Part shown: positions 1 through 12,698 of the stretch, one piece after another
Numbering within the stretch: the stretch's first letter is position 1
How the letters are laid out: each line of letters begins with the position of its first letter
Source of the DNA: Octopus sinensis
Lineage: Eukaryota
Assembly: GCF_006345805.1 (NCBI RefSeq)
Contig: NC_042998.1
Span: 192,696,001 to 192,760,000 of the forward strand
Length of the DNA: 64,000 bases
Reading direction: 5' to 3'
Position numbers and translations under genes: made by a program
The notes under the pieces: generated by a model
Told to the model about the DNA's origin: nothing
Database searches by the model: none
The model's input: only the letters and a program-made list of their open reading frames with translations

Positions 1-203
1 TGACCAGAAGAAAATTCAAACTGGGCCCCACCTGCAAGGTCATGTGCTGTTTATCTTCATACGAGATTACCATGTCGCGCACATATGCATGTGTCTAGTG
101 TACCCTTATCAGGCGTAGTCATGATGGGTATACTGGGCTTCGTATATTTTACCCCAGTGTCACTTTGAGGGCATGCACTGCTCTCTCACTCAACAAAAAT
201 AAA
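1..203 (+). mobile_element. 3' terminus of an R4/Dong-like LINE UTR family (cut by window start)
   Basis: Matches both arms at 14925-15355; ends CATGCACTGCTCTCTCACTCAA plus an A-rich tail. Confidence 0.6.
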
Positions 204-1124
204 AGACTCATTGGACAATGTAAACCTAGGTATACTATGTCAGGAAAATAGTTGGTGTGGTCACGGCTAGAATGGTTTTATTATAGATCAGTTGAGCAAT
301 GACAACCATGCTGAACGATCTTTAATGTTAAAACATGTATATTATGTTGTAATTGTATTGTAACCTTAGGTTGTACCGGATTAAGCAGACCTATGATCAA
401 AGTGTTTTGGTCATTATTACCCTGTCTTCTATTTTTATGTCCCTATGAGGGAGGTGGAGAGGATGAAGAGAAAATAATACATTTTCAAAAGCCTTTATAC
501 ACAAAAAGATGCCCACCATTATTTCAAAGGCCGTCGTGAAAGAAACATTTGAAAAATCGCTGTCAAAACGGAGCTAATTCAACTTCTGTGAGCGCCCTTA
601 TCCGAAACTCCGCCCATGTATCTAATATTACATTATCCAACTTAGCATTGAATATCAATTCTTGGGTATAATTTAAGAGGAATTTGGCAATTATTTCTAG
701 CAGGTCAAAGGATGACAACGTAGAGGCTTCCATACGTCTTATTGATGATGATGTTAATGTAACCTGTGATACAGAGGTAGTTTATCGAACAAAATATTTG
801 GTTTTCATTATTGTCTTGACCATCCATTCTTATTGTAGTAGTATGTTGCGATGTTCATCTTGAGAATGAAAATATTCGCAATTGAAAGAGATTTCCTGAT
901 AAACTGAGTGTTGGCTGGCGGTGTAAGTCAATGAGTGTCAATCGTTTTTGTTCAAATGATACTTGTTGATCGTGTGAAATTAAAAAATATTCATAGTTCC
1001 AGATAAAATTTTAAATGTACGATGTAGAAAGTAACATTTCTTCAAGTGACCTCCACCGAGATATGTTTCACCACGCTGTACCAGCTTCGATAGATCCTCA
1101 GTTCCATGTTGTGTGTCTCTGCCA

Positions 1125-1715
1125 ATAATATGTATGATAATCGACATAACAAGCCCCGATGACAACAGGGTCAATGTGAAAGAAGAAGAAAAATAAACAA
1201 CTATGACGATTTGAAGTGGGAAATACGAAGGTTGTGGTTAATGAAGAGAGTAGACATGGTACCAATAGTAATTGGAGCATTTGGAAGTATCAGCACTCAA
1301 CTACCAACATGGCTAAAAAAGATTGATGCAAGTGAGAAGGTAGAACACCTACAAAATATGTCAGTATTGCTTGGAACTGCAAGAATTCTTCGCAGGGTTC
1401 TTGAAGTATGACAAGTAAACAAGTGTCGCCTTAGTCTGCTGGCTGTGGACAGCTGACACTTTCCTTCATACCCAGCAAAATAAGCTGTGAATTTTCTTAT
1501 GATTAATGCCCTGATGCAGTACCAGGCTCCGACTCTCATGGCTTCTGATCTCAACTGATTGGAAGTGTTATCAAGTACATTGTTTTGTCTTGGTATAAAA
1601 GATGTGCTACAGCAAATATTCTGCTCGATACCACAGATTTGCTTGTCAGTCGTTTGACCTTAACCAGTTGAACATGACTTTTGGTGGCTGACGATATGTA
1701 CATCTCTGATCACGA
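1125..1715 (+). mobile_element. R4/Dong-like non-LTR retrotransposon 3' fragment (restriction-like endonuclease C-terminus plus UTR), degenerate
   Basis: CMIIDITSPDDNRVNVKEEEK (frameshift) YDDLKWEIRRLW..VPIVIGAFG..LLGTARILRRVLEV; UTR 1580-1715 matches 26724 onward. Confidence 0.85.
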
Positions 1716-1716
1716 A

Positions 1717-1942
1717 CAATAATAATAATCCTTTCTACAATAGGTACAAGACCTGAAATTTGTGGGGAGCGGCCAGTCGACTAAATCCATCTCAGTGCGC
1801 AACTGGTACTTAATTTATCGACCCTGAAGGGATAACAGGCGAAGTCAACCGCGGCGGAATTTGAACTGAAAACGTAAAGACAGACGAAATGCCGCGAAGC
1901 ATTTTACCTGGCATGCTCACGATTCTGCCAGCCCGCCACCTT
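1717..1942 (-). mobile_element. SINE-B, tail variant b
   Basis: Reverse complement of GGCGG..CTGGCAGAATCG head, GTTCAAATTCC B-box, CCTTTCATCC..GGGTCGAT core; (TAA)n tail. Confidence 0.8.
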
Positions 1943-1954
1943 AATTATAATGAT

Positions 1955-2172
1955 AATCGTTTCAAATTTTGGCACAAGGCCAACTATTTGGAGGAGAGGT
2001 TAAGTCGATTTAACTGACCCCAATACTCAACTGGTACTTATGTTATCGACCCTGAAAGGATGAAAGGCAAAATCGACCTCGGTGGAATTTGAACTCAGAA
2101 CGTAGAGACGAACGAAAAGCCGCTAATCCTTTTGCTTGGCGTGTTAAGGACTGTGCTAGCTCGCCGCCTTCT
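1955..2172 (-). mobile_element. SINE-B, tail variant b
   Basis: Second adjacent copy with the same head and core; GGCCTTGTGCCAAAATTTGAAAC tail. Confidence 0.8.
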
Positions 2173-4162
2173 TAATCATAATGATGATGATGATGATGAT
2201 GATGGAGTTTTCTTTTATTGACCGGAAGGGTGGAACACAAAATTAAAAGGGACAACACAACACAAGGGACGAGGTGGGGAATTAGCACAAAACCTTCGTG
2301 TATAAAAATTAAATCAAGAACAGTACCACTAACAGTTTACAAAAAGTGATCGAAGACTGTACAGGGCGATACAATACAGTACAATATGGGGTTTCATAAA
2401 TTCGTGTAAGCAATATATAACAGGCCAAAGATATCTGAAAATTATCCATTGTCCTCGATCCAAAGTCCTCTGGCACAGGCTAACCAGTTAATTCTTATGG
2501 ACACCCAAAGTCTTCCCAACAACATCATCGCTCTTGCCCCCCCCCCCCAACTAACCATTTATGCAAGGCTGGGGACTATGAGCGCATCAACCTCGCCATT
2601 ATCCGCAGCAACGAATTTTCAACCCAAGGTGGAGAATTATTTTGGGGGGGTTTTTCCCCATTTTTTCTCTTCTTTTCTTTTTGATTTTTTCCACTTGTGT
2701 TCTCTGTTTTGTCCAATTTTCTAACATAATTTTGTAAAACGGTAAACATCGTGAAGAATCATAAATAAAAAAAAATTTACTGGATTTCCAGTACGCACCA
2801 TGAAGTCAAAAAATATTGGAAATCACTGCTCTATATAAAAGGCTAGTCAACTAGTACAAAATATAAAAACCTTTAAAACACGTCAAACCTTTTCAACAGA
2901 ACATTCACCTTTTCGATATCAGTGTCTTTACGATACTGGAAAAGGGATAAGTGTTTGTGAAGGGAACCTACTTTTCATCGACAACTGTGATTGTCACACG
3001 CCGATGACGGGTCAATACCCAGAAACTCGAGTCCGTGTGTATCATAAGTTGAAGACGGGAAGGATGGCTTCCCTTTGCAAACACTGATAGAGCACAGAAA
3101 GTGTGTCTAAAGCCAGCTGGAGGAGGTGTCCTCCTGGGGCTAGAAACTACAGTAACATCCACCCTTAGGGGTTAGCCATATTTAAATGGCAAATATACGT
3201 CACGATTCCCCAATTCATGTTACTAATAAAAACATCAAAAAGAACAAGAAAACTATGCCTATCAAAAACCAAAAGAAAATTCCCTTAAAGATTAATGAGT
3301 CAATCCCATACATTTTCTGATATGTAAAAGAGGATAAAGCGTTAAACAAAATGCTTTGCAGGGCTTCGTTGCGGTCCTTTACGTTGTAAGCTAAAATGCC
3401 AAAGAAGTTAATTTCACATTTTTTGGCAATTTAATACCAGTCAAGTTCTAAGGGTTCGATCTAACCGTGTATCATCTTCCCCCAAATGTGTATCCCTCTG
3501 CCAGGTTAATTAGATTTCCTTATATTGAATTTATTCTTTATATGACGGATGTCGGATCCAAACATTTTTTCCTTCCTACAGTTTCTGCACTACTGACACA
3601 ATTGCAAGTTAAGTATACTTGCTTACACTATAATTTAATAGTTTTCTAAGCAGGAGACACAAAAGAGGCAACTGGCGAAAAAGAAAGTAGAGAAAAACTC
3701 GAAACTTCGTCTGGTAGTGGTTTCTTACACAGGCATACATATTATTGTCTAATAAGAACAGTAGCTATGGCAATCTTGGAACGGGTTCAGGAATTCCGTG
3801 TACATAAACATTACCACCTGACATACATTTTCTCTTTCTCTCTTTCTTTCCCCTCACATGCACACATGCACAGAGACACACACACACACACGATTGTGTG
3901 TATGTATGTAGTGTACACACACATACATGCATGCATACATGCATGCATATATATATATATGTTTAAACAGGCGCGCATGTGTGTGTGTATGTGTGTGTGT
4001 GTGTGTTCATGTGTCTAAGTATAATCGCTCTTGGTTTTATTTTTCGAATTTCTAACCAATAGAGAAATAGCCGGTTTCTAGCCTAGAAACAAGACTTTTT
4101 CACTGGAATTTAGACGCCATCAAACAGGGTAGTCTTGTATGTATACGTGTGTGACTGAACGT

Positions 4163-4443
4163 TTATGCTTGCATTATATATATATATATATTATTATATA
4201 TATATGTGTGTGTGTGTGTGTATGTATATATATGTGTGTGTGTGTGTGTGTATGTATATATATTGTGTGTGTGTGTGTGTGTGTATAAATATATATGTTT
4301 GTGTGTGTGTGTATGTATATATATATATGTGTGTGTGTGTGTATGTATATATATATATGTTTGTATGTGTGTGTATGTATATATATATATATATATATTT
4401 GTGTGTGTGTATATATATATATATATATTTGTGTGTGTGTATG

Positions 4444-4474
<31 letters not shown>

Positions 4475-4790
4475 ATGTATATGTGTGTATGTATATATAT
4501 ATATGTGTGTGTGTATGTATATATATGTGTGTGTATGTATATATATATGTGTGTGTGTATGTATATATATATGTGTGTGTGTATGCATATATATATATGT
4601 GTGTGTGTATGTATGTGTATATATATATATATGTATGTATGTATATATGTATATGTATGTATGTGTATATATATATATATGTATGTATGTATATATGTAT
4701 ATATATGTATGTATATATGTATATATATATTCATGCTGTCATGTATGCATATGCACAGGTATGCACATATATTTATATACACATGGGCGT
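4163..4790. repeat. Compound (TA)n/(TG)n/(TATG)n microsatellite
   Basis: Directly visible; source of the long YI/CV/HT ORFs. Confidence 0.98.
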
Positions 4791-5339
4791 AGGCATGGAT
4801 GGCTCTACAGGTGTGGATCCTATTGCACGCTCAACTTCGTGAATGTTTTATATATCTTGACAGTACATTTCACAGCTTGCAACTCTGATATTTCGAGTAG
4901 GCGTATTCTTTATTGTTTTGTAAGACCCAGCTTCTAATGATTAGTACTGAGGCAGTTGGTCGCCTCAGCTAGACCGGATGAAGCATCTGCAGATTGCTCA
5001 TGAATTCGGCATAAATGCTCTTTTTTCTCACTCACCTTTAACGTTATGTTGATATCTGCTGTGCAAGTTGTTTCAACTAGTGTGCATAGTTTCTTGTCTC
5101 ATCCCCGATCATTATATCTGGTCTGTTGTGCTTGAATTTTATTGAAGTCTTAAGGACATCCCACCAGTATTCTTGTATAATCATGTGTATTTATGCCCTC
5201 CACAATACTGTAGAGGGCATATATTTATCTCCTCAGGACTACCCTTTCTACAGGTCTCATTTATAGTGTTCTAGCTGCAGCATCGTATCTCATCGCGAGG
5301 TAATTTCGTGAGGACATTTTCGCACGGCTACTTATGATA

Positions 5340-5739
5340 GGCGCAGGAGTGGCTGTGTGGTAAGTAGCTTGCTTACCGACCACATGGTTCCGGGTTCAGT
5401 CCTACTGCGTGGCATCTTGGGCAAGTGTCTTCTGCTATAGCCCCGGGCCGACCAATGCCTTGTGAGGGGATTTGGTAGACGGAAACTGAAAGAAGCCTGT
5501 CGTATATATATATATGTGTATGTGTGTGTGTGTGTGTTTGTGTGTCTGTGTTTGTTCCCCTAGCATTGCTTGACAACCGATGCTGGTGTGTTTACGTCCC
5601 CGTGACTTAGCGGTTCGGCAAAAAGAGACCGATAGAATAAGTACTGGGCTTACATAGAATAAGTTCCGGGGTCGATTTTCCCGACTAATGGCGGTGCTCC
5701 AGCATGGCCGCAGTCAAATGACTGAAACAAGTAAAAGAG
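5340..5739 (+). mobile_element. SINE-A (tRNA head, CORE-like TTGGGCAAGTGTCTT, internal TA/TG microsatellite)
   Basis: TSD TATGATA at 5333-5339 and 5740-5746; B-box-like GGTTCAGTCC. Confidence 0.9.
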
Positions 5740-5903
5740 TATGATATGGATGACTTTCTCAATATCAGTTCCCCAAAGTCTGCATTGGTTGTTGCAGGTA
5801 GATGGTTTGTTTGCATCCCTGTCCCTTTTGTGTATCAGGTATTATGTGGCTATTTTCTTCTTTTCTATTGCAAAAGTATATCATTCAACGGGAGAGTTAA
5901 TAT

Positions 5904-6208
5904 TTTTGTTTGTTCCTTCTCGAGCCATGCCTGGCTCATAAGGGCCGGTTTCCCGGTTTCTTGGCGTATAAGTTCCCCACCTGGACGGGACGCCGGTCCG
6001 TCGTAGGTGAGCTGCAAGATGCAGGAAGAAAGAGTGAGAGAAAGTTGTGGCGAAAGAGTCAGCAGAAGTTCGCCATTACCTTCTGCCGGAGCCGTGTGGA
6101 GCTTAGGTGTTTCGCTCATAAACACACACATCGCCCGGTCTGATATTCGAACCCGCGATCCCTCAACCGCGAGTCCGCTGCTCTATCCACTAGGCCATGT
6201 GCATTTAC
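5904..6208 (-). mobile_element. SINE-C with tail type 1
   Basis: 13-bp TSD GGAGAGTTAATAT at 5891-5903 and 6209-6221; GGTTCGAAT B-box. Confidence 0.9.
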
Positions 6209-6744
6209 GGAGAGTTAATATCCTGGTTATCGATCCAAAATGACCACCCTGACTGTCAATGTTGTCTTTCTGAAGGTTTCCGAGAGCATAAGCGTGCACT
6301 ACTTCTTTTGCTAATATGTACGCTGTTTCTTCCCTACTAACCTATTCTGGAGGAGTGTGCAACTTCTCTAGTTATTAGACAGGTAATACTTTCCGAGAAG
6401 CTCTTTGCCAACTCCCGTGATGTTTTCGGCTTCACGTGTGCAGACTTAACATAGCAGAACTTCGACAACATCTACCAACCACCATATGTTGAAGGAATAT
6501 GACGTGGCATTGAAGAGTTGTCTGGATCAGTGTTAAGCCTCAGCAGCCTTATTTTCGTAAATACAGTCTATGTCATGTCGATATGGAAATTCCTAGTGCG
6601 GGTTAACAAGTTTCGGGTTTTCACATTAATAGCCTGAATCTCATCCAGTGTCCAGTCGAGTAGCCTGACTGTTGATATGAGTATTGGCACAACAAACACA
6701 TTGTGGAATATCGATTACTTGCGTCCTGGTTACACCCCGCCTTG

Positions 6745-7150
6745 TTTGTTTGTTTGTATGTATGTATGTATGTATGTATGTATGTATGTATGTATGTATG
6801 TATGTATGTATGTATGCGTGTATGTATGTATGCATGTATGTATGCATGTATTATGTATGTATGTATGTATGTATGTATGTGTGTATGTGTGTGTATGTAT
6901 GTATGTATGTATGTATGTATGTATGTGTGTATGTATGTATGTGTGTATGTTTGTGTGTAAGTATGTATGTGTGTGTATGTATGTATGTATGTATGTATGT
7001 ATGTATGTATGTATGTATGTATGATTATATGTATGTATGCATGTATGTATGTATGATTATATGTATGTATGCATGTATGTATGTATGATTATATGTATGT
7101 GTGTATGTATGTATGTATATATGTATGTATGTATGTATGAATGAATGAAT
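6745..7150. repeat. (TATG)n tetranucleotide microsatellite
   Basis: Directly visible. Confidence 0.98.
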
Positions 7151-7199
7151 GATTATAAACAGGGAAATGTTTTAGCCATTTTCCGCAGACTGAAAAAAA

Positions 7200-7400
7200 G
7201 GATGAACCTTAATCGATTTCTGAACCTTAATCGATTTCCGAACCTTATTGGGTTCTCATCAGATGCGTCTACATCATTCTGACAGTCTCCAGAGAAACAA
7301 GCAGCCAAACTGTTTATATACTCAGCAAATTTAACGGTTACTCTATGAAGGACTCCCTAATTTGCAGACCGAAAGTGTTTAATACTCTATAATAAATAAC
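7200..7400 (-). mobile_element. Probable PLE 3' end with degenerate hammerhead-like core
   Basis: Minus strand FGLQIRESFIE*PLN (resembles GIY-YIG C-terminus), then CTGATGA-GAACC-caataa-GGTTC-G-GAAA. Confidence 0.4.
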
Positions 7401-7887
7401 AGCGGCCTGTCAACGGGGATCTTAGTCCAAACAGTACCAGGTATGATATGATATATATGTAACATATGGTATAATTATAAACAGGGAAAGCTTTTAACCA
7501 TTTCTCTGCAGACTGAAAAAATATTGAACAGATGGAAGGCAGTCTTCCATAGACAACCTTGCTTGTGCCTCGAAAAGGAACTTTCTAGGTGTCAACCTCA
7601 TGGTCAATCATGACCGAAGGGGTTATTTTAATAAGCAGAAAATAATTGATTGTGCTCTTGTGATTTGTATATCGATAGATACTCCCTACATCAGTGACCC
7701 ATTCGCTTCTTTAGCTTCAGCAATCCACCTTCTCAGCATTAGCGACACTATGCTTGTCTAACACTGATACAATATTGACCTGTCTTCATTGGTTCCTAAC
7801 GATTACTTTGTCACCTATCTCTGGTCTACTCAGCTATCAGTGTATATGACTAAAACTTTAACAAAAGCCCAGCAGAACAGCAATAAC

Positions 7888-8272
7888 AAGGCGGCGAGCT
7901 GGCAGAATTGTTAGCACGCCGGGCGAAATGCTTAGCGGTATTTCGTTTGCCGTTACGTTCTGGGTTCAAATTCCGCCGAAGTCGACTTTGCCTTTCATCC
8001 TTTTGGGGTCGATTAAATGAGGTCTGTCCTTTGTCTGTCCTTGTTTGTTCTCTCTGCGTTTAACTCCTTGTGGGTAGTAAAGAAATAGGTATTTCGTCTG
8101 CCGCTACGTTCTGAGTTCAAATTCCGCCGAGGTCGACTTTGCCTTTCATCCTTTCGGGGTCGATAAATTAAGTACCAGTTACGCACTGGGGTCGATGTAA
8201 TCGACTTAATCCCTTTGTCTATCCTTGTTTGTCCCCTCTGTGTTTAGCCCCCTTGTGGGCAATAAAGAAACA
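7888..8272 (+). mobile_element. SINE-B dimer (full unit plus headless unit)
   Basis: TSD AGAACAGCAATA at 7874-7885 and 8273-8284; internal junction GAAATAG/GTATTTCGTCTG. Confidence 0.9.
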
Positions 8273-8540
8273 AGAACAGCAATATTCCCCAACTTTAAAA
8301 AAGTTTCGATATTTCTGCCTCAGCAACTCAGTGCTGAATCTGTCTGAAATGTAATGGAAAATAGGTCAGTTTCAAAACATATATATTCAGGTCATAAAAG
8401 CAAAGTTTGAAGGGAATAGTAGTCATTTCCTTTGATTCCTGGATAGAAGCAAATAGAAAATAACACTTACTGACCAAAAACAAAGATAAACCAAAAATGA
8501 TAAATAAAAATTTTGTTACACAGTGCAGTCTATCCACATT

Positions 8541-8846
8541 TCTTTTTTGTTCCTTCTCGAGCCAAGGCTGGCTCATAAGGGCCGGTATCCCGGTTTCCTT
8601 GGCGTATAGGTTCCGCACCTAGACGACGCCGGTCCGTCGCAGGTGAGCTGCAAGATGCAGGAGGAAAGAGTGAGAGAAAGTCATGGAGAAAGAGTCAGCA
8701 GAAGTTCACCATTACCTTCTGCTGGAGCCTTGTGGAGCTTAGGTGTTTCGCTCATAAACACACATATCGCCCGGTCTGAGATTCGAACCCACGATCCCTA
8801 GATCGCGAGTCTGCTGCTCTAACCATTAGGCCATGTGCCTCCACGA
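8541..8846 (-). mobile_element. SINE-C with tail type 1
   Basis: TSD TCTATCCACATT at 8529-8540 and 8847-8858; close match to 5904-6208. Confidence 0.9.
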
Positions 8847-9460
8847 TCTATCCACATTAATGGATACCTGCAAGTTTTACCTATTATTCCCATCCACTTG
8901 CGTGCATACACATTCACATTTTCGCACGCGCGTGCTTGTGCGTGTATGTGCACATGCGCCTTGCATATATTAAATGTTTGAACTGTGTCGTCAGCACAGA
9001 TCATAGCACACAGAGAAATTCTAGCGCTCGTGTTCTTTATTGATGATGTCACGACTTTGAAAAACTTACCCCCATAATTAAGCTTATCAGTTTAAAATGC
9101 AAGAAACAGACAAGGATTTCCAACAACTTTTATACAGGTAGTCTACGCACAATCTGCAGCATCTCTTGCAGAAATACAATCTGAACTGAACTTTAATCAA
9201 AGATAAGGCGGTATATAGATATCAAGAATCTCGAATATCTAAGAAAACCGTGTAGGTAACATATCAGACGTCCCACGCAAGTCTATTTGACATTTGCTAT
9301 TTTAATGAAGCGCATCAGGATGAATGCAGGATCCTATGATTCACTTCCAGTTAATTAAGCGTCCTGGGAATATCTCACATTATAAAGAGAAAGTAACTAG
9401 ATTTGTATTTACAAAAACGGAAAAGAACTGATGAGCTTTTGATATATTGATAAAATAAAA

Positions 9461-10397
9461 GGCGGCGAGCTGGCAGAACCGTTAGCACGCCGGGCGAAAT
9501 GCGTAGCGGTATTTCGTCTGCCGTTACGTTCTGAGTTCAAATTCCGCCGAGGTCGACTTTGCCTTTCATTCTTTCGGGGTCAATAAATTAAGTACCAGTT
9601 ACGCACTGGGATCGATATAATCGACTTAATCCCTTTATCTGTCCTTGTTTGTCCTCTCTGTGTTTAACCCCTTGTGGGCAATAAAGAAATAAGTATTTCA
9701 TCTGCTGTTATGTTCTGAGTTCAAATTTCGCTAAGGTCGACTTTGCCTTTCATCCTTTCGGGGTCGATTAAATAAGTACCAGTTACGCACTGGGGTCGAT
9801 ATAATCGACTTAATCCGTTTGTCTGTCCTTGTTTGTCCTCTCTGTGTTTAGCCCCTTGTGGGTAGTAAAGAAATAGGTATTCCGTCTGTGTTTTACGTTC
9901 TGAGTTCAAATTCCGCCAAGGTCGACTTTGCCTTTCATCCTTTCGGGGTTGATAAAGTAAGTACCAGTTACGCACTGGGGTCGATGTAATCGTCTTAATC
10001 TGTTTTTCTGTCCTTGTTTGCCCCTCTGTGTTTAACCCCTTGTGGGTAGTAAAGAAATAGGTATTTCGTCTGTCTTTACGTTCTGAGTTCAAATTCCGTC
10101 GAGGTCGACTTTGCCTTTCATCCTTTCGGGGTCGATTAAATAAGTACCAGTTACGCACTGGGGTTGATATAATCGACTTAATCCGTTTGTCTGTCTTTGT
10201 TTGTCCTCTCTGTGTTTAGCCCCTTGTGGGTAGTAAAGAAATAGGTATTTCGTCTGTGTTTTACGTTCCGAGTTCAAATTCCGCCGAGGTCGACTTTGCC
10301 TTTCATCCTTTCGGGGTCGATGTAATCGACTTAATCCGTTTGTCTGTCCTTGTTTGTCCTCTTTGTGTTTAGCCCCTTGTGGGTAGTAAAGAAATAA
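9461..10397 (+). mobile_element. SINE-B pentamer (one headed unit plus four headless units, about 183 bp period, last with internal deletion)
   Basis: One 18-bp TSD GATATATT(G/A)ATAAAATAA at 9441-9458 and 10398-10415. Confidence 0.9.
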
Positions 10398-10510
10398 GAT
10401 ATATTAATAAAATAACTTATATGTTGCGAAGATAGGCGAGTTCTGCTGATTAGGAACATTTTCTTCCAGTGCAAACGATCGCTAGTTTCCTCGATTCTTT
10501 TCATTTGGTT

Positions 10511-10554
<44 letters not shown>

Positions 10555-10622
10555 TCCATGAATGTATAACACTGTGTAATACGATTTTTGTCCTTGGGTT
10601 AACTACTCTTATTTCTTATTTG

Positions 10623-10950
10623 GGATCTTTTCCCTTTGACCGGCAGATTTAAAAAATAATTTTTTGTAACTAAACACTTTTAAACTTCGTATACTGGTAG
10701 AATATGTCACATAAAACATCTTTTTTTCTTGGAGTTCTTGAGAAAATTCTATAGTTTGTAAGCTATTTGTTGTTAAATTTCTCGTATTTCGGCACTTTCA
10801 ACCAATTAATGATGTCTATTGAGGTGAATACAATTACTGCTGCTGTTTGTCAACAAGAAGTTACGGCGGTGTATATTTCGTTTGTCTCTGTTTACAGAAT
10901 TTTCTCAAGAATGCCAAGAGAAAAAGATGTTTTATGTGACACATTCTACG
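10623..10950 (+). mobile_element. Merlin-like MITE relative, right end missing, internal fold-back
   Basis: Starts GGATCTTTTCCCTTTGACCGGCAG; 10697-10753 is inverted at 10893-10949. Confidence 0.6.
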
Positions 10951-10965
10951 CGCGCGCATAATAAA

Positions 10966-11170
10966 TTCCTATTTCTTTACCTACAAGGGGCTAAACATAG
11001 AGGGGACAAACAAGGACAGACAAAGAGATTAAGTCGATTACATTGACCCCAGTGCGTAACTGGTACTTATTTAATCGACCCCGAAAGGATGAAAGGCAAA
11101 GTCGACCTTGGTAGAATTTGAACTCAGAACGTAACGGCAGACGAAATACCGCTAAGAATTTCGCCCGGCA
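10966..11170 (-). mobile_element. SINE-B, 5'-truncated
   Basis: Core and tail match the family consensus. Confidence 0.85.
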
Positions 11171-11646
11171 AAATTCCATATACAAGTCTACATACGCACA
11201 GGAAAATGCAGGGTGGAAGTTAGAGTACAGAAAAATTATGTGTAAAAAACTTATGAACAATAAAACTATGAAACAATATCTCTATAAATATGTAAAAAAA
11301 AGTATATGAAAAATGTATAAGTATAAGTAAAAAATATATAAGAAATATAAGTAAAATATATTGAGAGATAAAAAGCTTGTACGTGGACACAATATAGAAA
11401 GCATGTCCTGTCTGTAATCTCGAGGGGACCAAAAACGTAACAAATATTTAGCTACATATGGACATGATCCGAAAAGTTCAGTTTTTGAATTTAGACATGT
11501 GGCGGGGTCTAAGCTGTTTTTCGAGATGAGCCATGTTTCCGTATCACAAAGACCGCACTTTCTACTGCCGTTGGTATAGGGCTTACACTTGGCTAAGATC
11601 TTCCAATGGATGTAACTGACACCTTTATCTTTTAAGGACCATATAT

Positions 11647-11959
11647 TCTTCTTTGTTTCGCCCTTTTCAAGCCTAGCCAGGCTCATGGGCCCGGTTTCCT
11701 GGTTTCTGCGGCGTATGTGTTCCCTCCAGCTGGACGGGACGCCAGTCCATCGCAGCGTTACTCAAGAAACAAGGAGAGTGAGAGAAAGTTGTGGCGAAAG
11801 AGTATAACAAGGGTCGCCACCACCCCTTGTCGGAGCAACGTGAAATGAAGTGTTTTGCTCAAGAACACAACGCGTTGCCCGGTCCAAGAATCGAAACCAC
11901 AATCCTACGATCATGATGCTGATCATGACACCCTAACCACTAAGCCACGCGCCTCCACC
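11647..11959 (-). mobile_element. SINE-C relative with tail type 1
   Basis: 12-bp TSD AGGACCATATAT at 11635-11646 and 11960-11971. Confidence 0.9.
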
Positions 11960-12273
11960 AGGACCATATATGACTGGATAATTTGGTCGTTCTCCTTTTA
12001 TCCCAGTGCCTGAAGCTCAAGGTGTGATTATTGAACCTGGTCTTGAAATTACCCTCTGTAAGGCTCACATATTTCTTCGTCGAAACCGTGTCATTAGCGG
12101 ATACAGAGTTTGCGGTGGCTTCATAAATTATGATCTCGGACATGCAAGCTCCATTTAACGGCCACAAATTTTTATCCCTGCATGACCAGCTGGTTTCATA
12201 TATCCTTCCGATCATTTCATCATGTTGAACAGTTGATCTCTACACATTTTTTCTCTCTCCGTTTCTTTTTTCC

Positions 12274-12698
12274 GGATCTTTTCGGTTTGAACGGCAGTTT
12301 TTTTAAAAATGATTTCCACGTAACTAAACACTTTTAAACTTCGTATACTGGTAGAATGTGTTTATAAAACATCTTTTTCTCTTGGCTTTATTGAGAAAAT
12401 TCTATAGTTTGTAAGATATTTGTTGTTTTTTTTTTCTTCAATTTCTGCAATTTCAACCAATCAATGACCTCTATTGAGGTAAAAAAAAACATTCTGTGCC
12501 GTATGAATATGTCCCTCGTTTAAGAAACAGATTGGGTTTAGTTACATTTCTGAAGAAAAAAAGATACCCTTCCCCCCACCCCTAACCCTAACCCTAAAAC
12601 AGATTGAAATGCAATAGATCGATACTAGGGTCATAATTATGGGTGACAATTTCATATGACACCGCTAGAAAAAACTGCCGTTCAAACCGAAAAGATCC
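12274..12698 (+). mobile_element. Merlin-like MITE
   Basis: TIRs GGATCTTTTCGGTTTGAACGGCAGTTTTT and its complement; flanking TTTTTCC duplication; internal CCCTAA repeats. Confidence 0.85.

Larger units (their letters stand above)
4830..6720 (-). mobile_element. R4-clade LINE 3' ORF fragment (RT thumb, CCHC knuckle, RLE), interrupted by two SINEs
   Basis: Minus-strand pieces HNVFVVPILISTVRLLDWTLDEIQAINVKTRNLLT; NNQCRLWGTDIEKVIH/IISSRAKMSSRNYLAMRYDAAARTL; YWWDVLKTSIKFKHNRPDIMI; many stops and frameshifts. Confidence 0.8.

Noticed and set aside
2200-3260. Possible decayed L1/Tx1-type LINE pieces (also 21630-22340)
   Set aside because: Composition is suggestive, but I could not recover a diagnostic motif, so they are not called.
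3767-7088. Long ORFs of 83-243 aa (YI, CV, HT and MYVC repeats)
   Set aside because: They are translations of TA/TG/TATG microsatellites; the same applies to ORFs at 39.2-40.3 kb, 51.5-51.9 kb and 59.9-60.2 kb.
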